DNA of 64,000 nucleotides from a virus, in IMG/VR virus record IMGVR_UViG_3300047284_000378. One strand, 5' to 3'. Within the stretch, counting starts at the first letter, position 1, and every line of letters starts with the position of its first letter. Shown here in pieces: positions 1-8,209 of the stretch. The notes beneath the pieces are model-generated. The model ran no database searches and was not told where the DNA came from. It worked only from the letters and a program-made list of their open reading frames with translations. The position numbers were made by a program, and so were the translations under genes.

Positions 1-516
1 GTAGTCGATGCCCGATCCACAAAGGGCCTTTGGATGATGCACTGCTGTATCTTCCCACATATCCATAACCCGGCACCCATATTTGGTTTTGATGTTATCG
101 CAGGTAAGAACAAAATCACAGGTTGTTTTCATGATTTTAGTCCCGCAGGTGATAGCGAGCATCACCTAATCGATTGGTTCGCAGATGAAGCCAGTAGATT
201 AGAGTGGAATAAAACCCGTAAACTTCCCGAGTGGGCGGAGCGTATTTTTACAGGTAGTATGATAGCTGCCGGTAATGTACAAGATGAAGCTGAACTAGAA
301 CAGCTCACAGATCTTGTAAAATTAACCACTAAAGTCTATCTACAGCACGTGGGCGATACGAATCATACTGCAAAGAATACTACCTTTAATCAAAATTTCT
401 ACGCCCAAAATCAAAAAATGAATCCTCATACTCCTAAAGTAATGGCTAGCCTAGGCCTGAACGAAGAGGATGTACAGGTGTTTATACAGGATTGTCTGTT
501 CCCAGAGATCCGATAA
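1..516 (+). CDS. Ferredoxin-dependent bilin reductase (PcyA/PcyX-like), 5' truncated by window edge
   Basis: Frame is open from base 1 (VVDARSTKGLWMMHCCIFP); P-IFGFDVIAG---TG-FHDFSP and NQKMNPHT motifs of the PcyA family. Confidence 0.8.
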   Translation, partial: VVDARSTKGLWMMHCCIFPHIHNPAPIFGFDVIAGKNKITGCFHDFSPAGDSEHHLIDWFADEASRLEWNKTRKLPEWAERIFTGSMIAAGNVQDEAELEQLTDLVKLTTKVYLQHVGDTNHTAKNTTFNQNFYAQNQKMNPHTPKVMASLGLNEEDVQVFIQDCLFPEIR

Positions 517-519
517 ATA
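513..519 (+). promoter_or_regulatory. T4-late-like promoter motif ATAAATA
   Basis: Recurrent motif just upstream of putative late genes. Confidence 0.55.
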
Positions 520-526
520 CTCTGTT

Positions 527-1903
527 ATGAGATTTTTTGAATTTAATCTACACGAGTCATCTAGAGGAATCCTATTTCGTACAGTAGGAGATCCCTTTAA
601 ATCCACTGCGGACCCTAATAAAACACTGACCTATGCAGGATCGCAGACATTTCCCGCCCCAGTTCCGGGCCAAGGTGCAGCTCAATTTCCCGATCCTGAA
701 ACATTTAATCAAGAAGTCGCTGCTGCTGAAAAAAAGTTTCCGGGGATCACATGGACTAATAAATCAAATGCTTCGATGCGAGCATTTGCTGTGGTTACCT
801 TAGACGATCCTGTCGCAAAGAAGAAGGTACATTTTGGTAGATTTTTCAAAGAAATATCACCGGACATGGCAGGTAAATGGAAAAATGACGGTATACCCGG
901 ATATAGTCTAGAAATTAAATCTTCAAAGAAATCTAGATCGGGTCTTAAGCCCAACGATCTAATTCCATTAGGGCAGCAATTTCCAAACCCACAGGCACTT
1001 ATAGAAGCTCTAAAACCAGATTTAGATCCTGCTATCAAAGCAGGATTGACAATGATAGTTGAAAAGAAACTACCAGTGTTTAATGTTGATGCTAGCATGG
1101 AAGCAGCTATTAGAGATGACCTAGGGGAAATAATCGCTCCCATGGCACTATGGCAAGGCATGATATCTGCAGAAGCAGAGTCAGCTAGAAAGTTTTTGTT
1201 GAAAACAACACCATGGAGTGCCTGTGCTATAACATTTTCATCAACTAAGAATGCAGGCTTGATTGATAGCTATGTTAAACCTCCAAAAGGCGTAGCTGTT
1301 GGTATTTCTAGTAAGGGTGCAGAAGGAGCTAAGGCATCTGCATCGAACATATGGGCAGGTGTTGAATTGCTACGTTCTACAGGACAACAAGATGTTGTCG
1401 ATCAATACCCAGAAGCTGTTCATGTATTAGAAATGATCAAGCGAGAATCTCAATACCGAGGACCTATGGTACTAGGTACAGAATATGGTTTTCTTACTGG
1501 TCAAGACGAAACATTGATCAACCAGGCAATCAAGCAGGGAATGCAAAAACTACCTCCAGGACCAGAATGGGAAAACATAGGTGCATTAATGAAAAAATTT
1601 GCTCCTAGAGACATGTCTAAATCTAACTATAACATAGGGTATCATGCTCTTGCCGGATTGGCAAAAATGGTACAAGAAAAAGTCAACAGTAGTGTTCCAA
1701 AGTTTAGTGAAGCGTGTATAACATTCCTAAATAGTTCTCCATTATTACAGATACATCTGTATACCAAAGCATCCGGTAATACTGTTTCAGTAACCGGTTT
1801 CAAAACAATATGGCCTCCACAGTTCAAAGGATCCGTATCTCTCAATGCCGGCAAGAGTTATTATGCTACCGGTGTCATAAACAAGTTCGCGTTTAGTTGG
1901 TAG
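527..1903 (+). CDS. Hypothetical protein, possible internal head protein
   Basis: Long ORF; likely start 527; N-terminus MRFFEFNLHE resembles a capsid-targeting sequence. Confidence 0.7.
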   Translation: MRFFEFNLHESSRGILFRTVGDPFKSTADPNKTLTYAGSQTFPAPVPGQGAAQFPDPETFNQEVAAAEKKFPGITWTNKSNASMRAFAVVTLDDPVAKKKVHFGRFFKEISPDMAGKWKNDGIPGYSLEIKSSKKSRSGLKPNDLIPLGQQFPNPQALIEALKPDLDPAIKAGLTMIVEKKLPVFNVDASMEAAIRDDLGEIIAPMALWQGMISAEAESARKFLLKTTPWSACAITFSSTKNAGLIDSYVKPPKGVAVGISSKGAEGAKASASNIWAGVELLRSTGQQDVVDQYPEAVHVLEMIKRESQYRGPMVLGTEYGFLTGQDETLINQAIKQGMQKLPPGPEWENIGALMKKFAPRDMSKSNYNIGYHALAGLAKMVQEKVNSSVPKFSEACITFLNSSPLLQIHLYTKASGNTVSVTGFKTIWPPQFKGSVSLNAGKSYYATGVINKFAFSW

Positions 1904-1973
1904 TCTATATCTAGTGTTATAATTTTTTCAACCCGCTCAGTAAATACTAATACCGTTTACCGGGAGCGAAAAG

Positions 1974-2429
1974 ATGAAAAAATTGATAGCTGTGGCCATG
2001 GTTGCCTCTATGGCCGTTTCTGCACACGGAGCAGAAATAGTACATCAGTTCAATAGCCCTTCTTTTTCTGGAATAGGCTTCTCTAGTCATACGTTGACAA
2101 TCTATTCCCAGGAACTAAGTAGAAAATTAGCTATTGCCGCTGAAAAAAAGGCAGAAGAGTTAAAAGCAGAGCAAGATGCTAAAAATACCACACAGGCCAA
2201 GTTTATTGCGAACTTAGAAAGTAGGGTATACAACGAACTTGCACGTCAAATCACAGAAAAACTGTTCGAAGGAACAGGCACACAAGTCACTGGAACCTTC
2301 GCGTTCAACGGTGGCACCATTCGTTATACAAAAACAGGTAACGAAATAACCATAACAATAACAGGTGCAGACGGAAGTGTAACTACCATGACTGTGCCAG
2401 TAGGAGACTTCGGATGGCTAGCACCTTAA
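1974..2429 (+). CDS. csgF: Curli assembly protein CsgF-like
   Basis: Signal peptide; HQFNSPSFSG motif; F--NLESRVY--LARQ; adjacent to CsgG. Confidence 0.8.
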   Translation: MKKLIAVAMVASMAVSAHGAEIVHQFNSPSFSGIGFSSHTLTIYSQELSRKLAIAAEKKAEELKAEQDAKNTTQAKFIANLESRVYNELARQITEKLFEGTGTQVTGTFAFNGGTIRYTKTGNEITITITGADGSVTTMTVPVGDFGWLAP

Positions 2430-3625
2430 TGAAACTTACACCGATAGCACTGGCTATCACACTAACTGGCTGTGGAACAATAGGCAATGCTGTCCGATCA
2501 TTTGACGAGCCTACTGTAACTAAACCTACACTAAAAGTAGAATCAACCTTAAAAGAACCGGCTGCTGGGGCTATCGCCATAGCTGTCTACAACTTCCGTG
2601 ATATGACTGGCCAGCGTAAGGCCAGCCAAAACATTGCCAGCCTTAGTTCGGCTGTAACACAAGGTGCAGATGCTTACCTTGTTAAGAGCCTACAAGAAGT
2701 AGGTGGCGGTCGTTGGTTCAAAGTATTAGAAAGAGGTGGATTAGATAATCTGGTCAAAGAACGTCAGCTTATCCGTCAAATGCGCGAACTGTATCAAGGT
2801 AAAGATGCACAGCCTTTACCTCCTATGCTGTTCGCTGGAATCATATTAGAAGGCGGTATTATCGGCTATGATTCTAACACAATGAGCGGCGGATCCGGTG
2901 CTAGATTCCTAGGCATTGGCGCTTCTACAGAATATCGACAGGACGAAGTTACTATCAGCCTACGAGCAGTTTCAGTAGCCACTGGAGAAGTTCTAGTGAC
3001 TGTGAACACAAACAAAAAAGTCTACAGTTTTCAAGACAAGCTAGGAGTTTTGCGTTTTGTAGATGCCGGAACACAAGCACTGGAGTTAGAAACAGGTTCT
3101 GCTACTAACGAATCTATGAACAAAGCGGTACAATTAGCCATACATGCTGCGGTCATAGAACTTATTAACTCTGGAGCAGGAAAAGGTCATTGGGCATTTA
3201 AATCCGATGTTGCTGCGGCACCTCAGCCAAGACCAGAACCTGTGGTTGTAAAAGAGGAGGAGGTAAAGAAAGATGAGTTGGTTCAAAAGGACTCCGCACC
3301 TAAAGAAGAAAAAATTGAAGCACCTGCGACACCCGCAGTACCACAACCCGATGACAGAAAAACTGTTACAGAAGAGCCAGCAAGAACAGAATCAAAAAAC
3401 ACAGACACAAACACAGTAATAACCGTGCAGCCTAAAGTTACTTTAGGAAATGTCACAGATTGGGTAAACGTAAGAAAAGAACGCGATATAAACAGCGAAA
3501 AGTTAGCCAATCTTAGGCCTGGAACGCAAGTAGAAGTACTTGATACTAAAGGCGATCACTACGTTGTTAGAGTCAACGGAAAGGAAGGTTATGTAGTAAG
3601 AAAATTTATTAAGGTACAAAAATAA
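2429..3625 (+). CDS. csgG: Curli secretion channel CsgG-like lipoprotein with C-terminal SH3b-like domain
   Basis: Lipobox LTGC; AVYNFRDMTGQRK, WFKVLERGGLDNLVKERQLIR, LEGGIIGYD; C-terminal VNVRKE...LRPGTQVEVL...GKEGYV. Confidence 0.85.
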   Translation: MKLTPIALAITLTGCGTIGNAVRSFDEPTVTKPTLKVESTLKEPAAGAIAIAVYNFRDMTGQRKASQNIASLSSAVTQGADAYLVKSLQEVGGGRWFKVLERGGLDNLVKERQLIRQMRELYQGKDAQPLPPMLFAGIILEGGIIGYDSNTMSGGSGARFLGIGASTEYRQDEVTISLRAVSVATGEVLVTVNTNKKVYSFQDKLGVLRFVDAGTQALELETGSATNESMNKAVQLAIHAAVIELINSGAGKGHWAFKSDVAAAPQPRPEPVVVKEEEVKKDELVQKDSAPKEEKIEAPATPAVPQPDDRKTVTEEPARTESKNTDTNTVITVQPKVTLGNVTDWVNVRKERDINSEKLANLRPGTQVEVLDTKGDHYVVRVNGKEGYVVRKFIKVQK

Positions 3626-3652
3626 CAATAACAGTACCACGGAGCGAAGAAA

Positions 3653-4336
3653 ATGATCAAAAATAATTATAAAATGGCTTTCATTATGGCGGCCATATTT
3701 GCCGGTTCAGGATCAGTTCAGGCAAACAACGGAGTCTATATTGAACAAGTAGGTTCCACAAACACAGTTACTATCACTCAAATAGGCGCTAATAATAGAG
3801 TGGGTAACAGCGGTTTAAATCAACAGAGTAAAATTACAGGCAGCAACAACACATTGACTGCTAGCCAAACAGGCGACGGAAATATCATAGACTACACAGT
3901 AATAGGCAGCGGCAACACTATTACTAAAACTGTAGCAGGAGATACCAATCAAATCACCTTTATCTGCGGCGATGGAACAACCAGCTGTAGTAATGTGACC
4001 AGCACCATGACACTCACTGGTAATCAAAATACTGTTACTAGTACGATCAAAGGTTCTTCGATCACTAACATGTTGTCTATCACCGGTGACAGCAATACTG
4101 TAACACAGACTATCACTACCAACAATAGCACTAGTTCTATTACTATCCTAGGCGACAGTAATACCTTTACTAGTTCGATGACTGGTGCCAGCGCAGGCGC
4201 AGGACATCATTTGCTGGCGTCTGTTACAGGTACCAGCAATACCCATACTATTACACAGAGCGGTACCGTGAATACCACGGTTAATGTTACCACCAATGGT
4301 AACAGCAATAATGTAACTGTAAGTACTGGAAACTAA
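3653..4336 (+). CDS. Curlin-repeat secreted protein
   Basis: Signal peptide; VYIEQVGSTN and repeated I-G-x-N-x-x-T-x-x-Q units rich in T/S/N/G. Confidence 0.75.
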   Translation: MIKNNYKMAFIMAAIFAGSGSVQANNGVYIEQVGSTNTVTITQIGANNRVGNSGLNQQSKITGSNNTLTASQTGDGNIIDYTVIGSGNTITKTVAGDTNQITFICGDGTTSCSNVTSTMTLTGNQNTVTSTIKGSSITNMLSITGDSNTVTQTITTNNSTSSITILGDSNTFTSSMTGASAGAGHHLLASVTGTSNTHTITQSGTVNTTVNVTTNGNSNNVTVSTGN

Positions 4337-5415
4337 TGAAATATGCATGGCTACTATTGACCGTATTTGCCCTGGACGCTAATGCCGCAATTGGCACGAT
4401 GAGCGAAGTCCAGGGCACAGCCATTGAAATCAAAAGAAACAAATCTGCCATCGTAGGCAAAACAAATTCAGAAGTAGAATCTATGGATGCAGTAACCGTA
4501 GGTTCAAAATCACAGGTCGGAATTATTTTCAAAGATAGTACCAAAGTAAAGATCACAGAAAATTCTAGACTGGTCATAGACGATTTCGTCTTCGACCCTA
4601 AGAAATCAGATGCTGGTAAACTAGGCATGAAAGTGGCTCTAGGCACCGTACGTTACGCATCTGGGCAGGTAGCTAAAAATAATCCTCAAAATGTAAACAT
4701 AAAAACCCCTACAGCTTCTATCGCTGTACGTGGAACAGACTTTGCCATGACTGTAGATGAAGTTGGACGTAGTCTTGTTGTATTGTTACCTAGCTGCGAT
4801 GATCCCACCAAACTAAACAACTACCAGATACAAGGTAACTGCGTGGTAGGGGCTATCGATGTTATTACAGATGCAGGTCTAGTCAGCCTCAATCAAGCCT
4901 ATACAGCGACTTATGTAACTGATGCACAACAGCCTCCACTGCCCCCAGTAAAGGTCGATCCTGTGGCTGTTAGCAATGACAGCAATCTTAAAAAACCGGA
5001 AAACATCGCTCGGGCAGAAACTGATAGAGAAGAGAAGAAAGACGCAGCAAGAGATAAATCAAAGTTCGGTGATGACGAACGTAAAAAGGCCGGCGAATCT
5101 AATGAAAGATCTCTGTCGGAAAAGAAAGCTCAAGAAGAAGAAGGTACGAAACTCATAGGATTGAATGGTAATAATAATGGTGCATTAGGTAATCCTGCAT
5201 CTAATCCCTGTTGGCCTTTCAATGACTGTGGTAATGAAAAAGGACTGAACTGGTACTATCGCAAAGATGACGATCGCGGCAATACTATCTTTATTAGGTC
5301 CGGAGAAAAGTTCGATAATACTACCTATAATATTTCTATCAACAGCAACGACATAGAAACTCGCGTCAACGGAGATGGCAGTAATAAAGTTACAGTAAGG
5401 ATATGGAACAAATGA
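4336..5415 (+). CDS. FecR-domain protein
   Basis: IFKDSTKVKITENSRLVIDDF, GTVRYASG, IKTPTASIAVRGTDF typical of FecR. Confidence 0.8.
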   Translation: MKYAWLLLTVFALDANAAIGTMSEVQGTAIEIKRNKSAIVGKTNSEVESMDAVTVGSKSQVGIIFKDSTKVKITENSRLVIDDFVFDPKKSDAGKLGMKVALGTVRYASGQVAKNNPQNVNIKTPTASIAVRGTDFAMTVDEVGRSLVVLLPSCDDPTKLNNYQIQGNCVVGAIDVITDAGLVSLNQAYTATYVTDAQQPPLPPVKVDPVAVSNDSNLKKPENIARAETDREEKKDAARDKSKFGDDERKKAGESNERSLSEKKAQEEEGTKLIGLNGNNNGALGNPASNPCWPFNDCGNEKGLNWYYRKDDDRGNTIFIRSGEKFDNTTYNISINSNDIETRVNGDGSNKVTVRIWNK

Positions 5416-7334
5416 GAAATCTGTTGATTTTTTTGTTCGGTGTTATGTCTGTATTGAATTCTGCGATAGCTAATGCTAACTACGGATTTGAAGGCGGCCT
5501 AGGAGCTGAATGGCAGATCGGAGGTACTACCGGCACACAATCTGCAACTGCCTGGAATGATACAGGAGTTGGTGTAAGTATAGTTACTGGTGTTACAAAC
5601 TACAGTCCTGGCGGTGGTAATACTTGGAACATAACTCCCTATGGTACTAAAATGGCCAGTATACAAGGCGGTGGTTTAGCCTTTGATCAGATCACTTCGG
5701 GACTAGGGCTGTCGGGAGTAGAGAACACTGCGATCAAAAATATGTTGACCTATCAGTCACAGAATGGTGGCGGTGGCAATCCAACACCTACCACAGGTTC
5801 CTATATGAAACGGGAAGTCACACTGCAAGCAGGTCAGACCTATACCATGGCCTGGCAGTATCTTTCCACAGACTATACTCCGTTCAATGATGGTTCTATC
5901 ATGACTTTGGTTCATAGCAGTGACGGAAACATTACTCCTACACTAAACAATAAACAACAGAGATATTCTTTACTAGGTTTTACCAATCCCGGAACGGGTA
6001 ACTATGCCACAGGCAGCTACGGTGCCACAGGTTGGCAGGTAGCTACATTTACTGTGCCGGTGTCGGGCACATATGTTCTAGGTTTTACATCATTTAACCT
6101 AGGTGATACAGCATTGAGTCCTATCCTACTAGTTGACGAAGTACAGGGAACAACTACACTAAACGGACAGACATTTACTCCAGTTAATCCTAATCCGGGA
6201 TCAGATGCACCTCCACCTCCTACACCGTCTGTGCCCACAGCCGTGTATAACTCGGGCATCAGTCAAAATGTTTGGATAACTAATCACTATCCTACATCAA
6301 ATAATTCACCTGCAGGAGAAGGTGCTGCTAATGCCTTTGACAATAATCCCGATACCAAATATTTGAACTTTGATAAGAAGAATGCAGGTGTTACGGTCAA
6401 ACTAAACGTTGGTAAAGTCATAACAGGATTTACATTGACCACTGCCAACGACTTTCCGGGACGAGATCCAACCAGTTACAAACTATATGCGTCTAACGAC
6501 GGCGTCACTTGGACACTGATCAGTGAAGGTAGTCTTTCATTGACTGACAGTAGAAAAACAACCAGCAGTATGATCTCAGTGACCAATACCAACCCTTATG
6601 TCTACTACTACATTTTCTTTCCTACAACCAAAGCAGGTGAGGGTTGCGGATTAAACTGTGACAGTATGCAGATCGCTGAAATCACTTTTTATTACGAATC
6701 TGGTAATACAGCAACTTCAACTGCCACAGGATCGGGATCGGTGTCAAACCCTAGTGATCTTTGTTGCGGCGGAGTTAGCACTCCATTCAATGCTAACACA
6801 GGATTCGCTACTAGAGCAGGAGTATTTTCTGCCGCAGGAGACAGCCGTGTTATCATAGAACAGATAGGTAACTATAACACAGCTAACATTACACAGTCAG
6901 GCAGCAAAAACTATCTCGAAGCTAATTTCACAGGCAACAATAACTCATTGACTGCTAATCAAACTACTGCTAACTCGTCTACAAACTACACAGAGTTAAA
7001 CGTTACAGGAAACAGTAATACTCTTAACATCACACAGAATAATACAGGTGGTTCCAAAGGCATAATGGCTACTGTGGATAATTCTTCTAACTCTGTAACT
7101 GTTAATCAATCTGGTACGGGCAATCATTATTCAGAAATAAACCTCACTGGTGGTAACAAGACCGTGAATGTAACACAGAGTGGATCAGCAGCACACATGG
7201 CCAAGATTGAACTCAGCGGTGGTGCTACATCGATCACTACCACACAGACTGGTGCTACACAGCAGCACTATTCAATCACTCATAACTGCGCTCAAGCTAG
7301 TTGTGCAGCAATCACTGTAACACAAGGGCAATAA
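5412..7334 (+). CDS. Secreted multidomain protein: lectin-like N-domain, F5/8-type C (discoidin-like) domain, C-terminal curlin repeats
   Basis: NAFDNNPDTKY...TTANDFPGRDPTSYKLYASNDG; C-terminal IEQIGNYN, QSGSKN, QSGTGN repeats; Pro linker. Confidence 0.7.
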   Translation: MRNLLIFLFGVMSVLNSAIANANYGFEGGLGAEWQIGGTTGTQSATAWNDTGVGVSIVTGVTNYSPGGGNTWNITPYGTKMASIQGGGLAFDQITSGLGLSGVENTAIKNMLTYQSQNGGGGNPTPTTGSYMKREVTLQAGQTYTMAWQYLSTDYTPFNDGSIMTLVHSSDGNITPTLNNKQQRYSLLGFTNPGTGNYATGSYGATGWQVATFTVPVSGTYVLGFTSFNLGDTALSPILLVDEVQGTTTLNGQTFTPVNPNPGSDAPPPPTPSVPTAVYNSGISQNVWITNHYPTSNNSPAGEGAANAFDNNPDTKYLNFDKKNAGVTVKLNVGKVITGFTLTTANDFPGRDPTSYKLYASNDGVTWTLISEGSLSLTDSRKTTSSMISVTNTNPYVYYYIFFPTTKAGEGCGLNCDSMQIAEITFYYESGNTATSTATGSGSVSNPSDLCCGGVSTPFNANTGFATRAGVFSAAGDSRVIIEQIGNYNTANITQSGSKNYLEANFTGNNNSLTANQTTANSSTNYTELNVTGNSNTLNITQNNTGGSKGIMATVDNSSNSVTVNQSGTGNHYSEINLTGGNKTVNVTQSGSAAHMAKIELSGGATSITTTQTGATQQHYSITHNCAQASCAAITVTQGQ

Positions 7335-7373
7335 TCCTCTAACTAAATAGCTGTGTTTTTTTAAGGACAAGCT

Positions 7374-7511
7374 ATGATTTTAGAAATAATGATGTGGGGA
7401 TTTTTCTCTGCGTGGGGCTGGTTTGGTGCTAGTTATATCAAAGATAAAGTTTGGCCCGAAACTCCCCCGGCACAGTCACAGCCCGAAACGCAACACAGAA
7501 AAGACAGCTGA
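7374..7511 (+). CDS. Small membrane protein (45 aa)
   Basis: RBS AAGGA; MILEIMMWGFFSAWGWFGASYIKDKVW. Confidence 0.55.
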   Translation: MILEIMMWGFFSAWGWFGASYIKDKVWPETPPAQSQPETQHRKDS

Positions 7512-7759
7512 TGTTAACATATCTTATAACTTTTATTGCGATTTTTGTAACAGATATAATTTATGTTTGTTTTGTAAATTCTATACAACAAAATCAACCA
7601 ATGACTGCTAGCTTCTGGTCGGCGTTCGTTACCTTCACCGCCAGTATCGCAGTGATTAATTATACCCAGGATAACTGGGCATTGATACCTGCGTTACTGG
7701 GCGCATTCTGCGGAACCTATGCAGGCATGCTTATAAAGGATAGGATTAAAACTAAATAG
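7511..7759 (+). CDS. Small membrane protein
   Basis: ATGA overlap; three hydrophobic segments. Confidence 0.6.
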   Translation: MLTYLITFIAIFVTDIIYVCFVNSIQQNQPMTASFWSAFVTFTASIAVINYTQDNWALIPALLGAFCGTYAGMLIKDRIKTK

Positions 7760-7777
7760 TGTTTTAAGGAGTGAGCC

Positions 7778-8074
7778 ATGCGTTTTTTAACCGTGGCGTT
7801 CCTATTCTGCCTATCCGGCACCGTAGCCAACGCCCAGCCATTTGAGAGCCGTAAACCTGTGCTCTGCGATGATACCAAAACTCTAATCAAGAGCCTTACG
7901 GAAAACTATAACGAAAAACCCATTTGGACAGCTCGCAATCCCGTAGACCATACAAGATTTGGGTTATTCGTTAATTCTAAAACCGGATCTTGGACACTTT
8001 TACAAATGACTCCGGACATAGCCTGTATTCTCGGCGTTGGCGAAGAATCTAGTTCGATTGGCGATTCGACCTAA
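7778..8074 (+). CDS. Hypothetical secreted protein
   Basis: RBS AAGGAG; signal peptide; two Cys. Confidence 0.65.
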   Translation: MRFLTVAFLFCLSGTVANAQPFESRKPVLCDDTKTLIKSLTENYNEKPIWTARNPVDHTRFGLFVNSKTGSWTLLQMTPDIACILGVGEESSSIGDST

Positions 8075-8209
8075 AAAGAAATTTCTTATGTAGGTGTAGT
8101 CTTGTCTTGTTGTATTGAACAGCAATAACGACTAATGCATCTAATCAAGGTAGTGTTTTTGCTACCAATAGTGCCATACCTGCCCACTATGCATTTAGTT
8201 AAATATAAA

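Noticed and set aside
3653-7334. Nucleotide-level tandem repeats in curlin genes
   Set aside because: Periodicity is only at the amino-acid level; no DNA repeat array.
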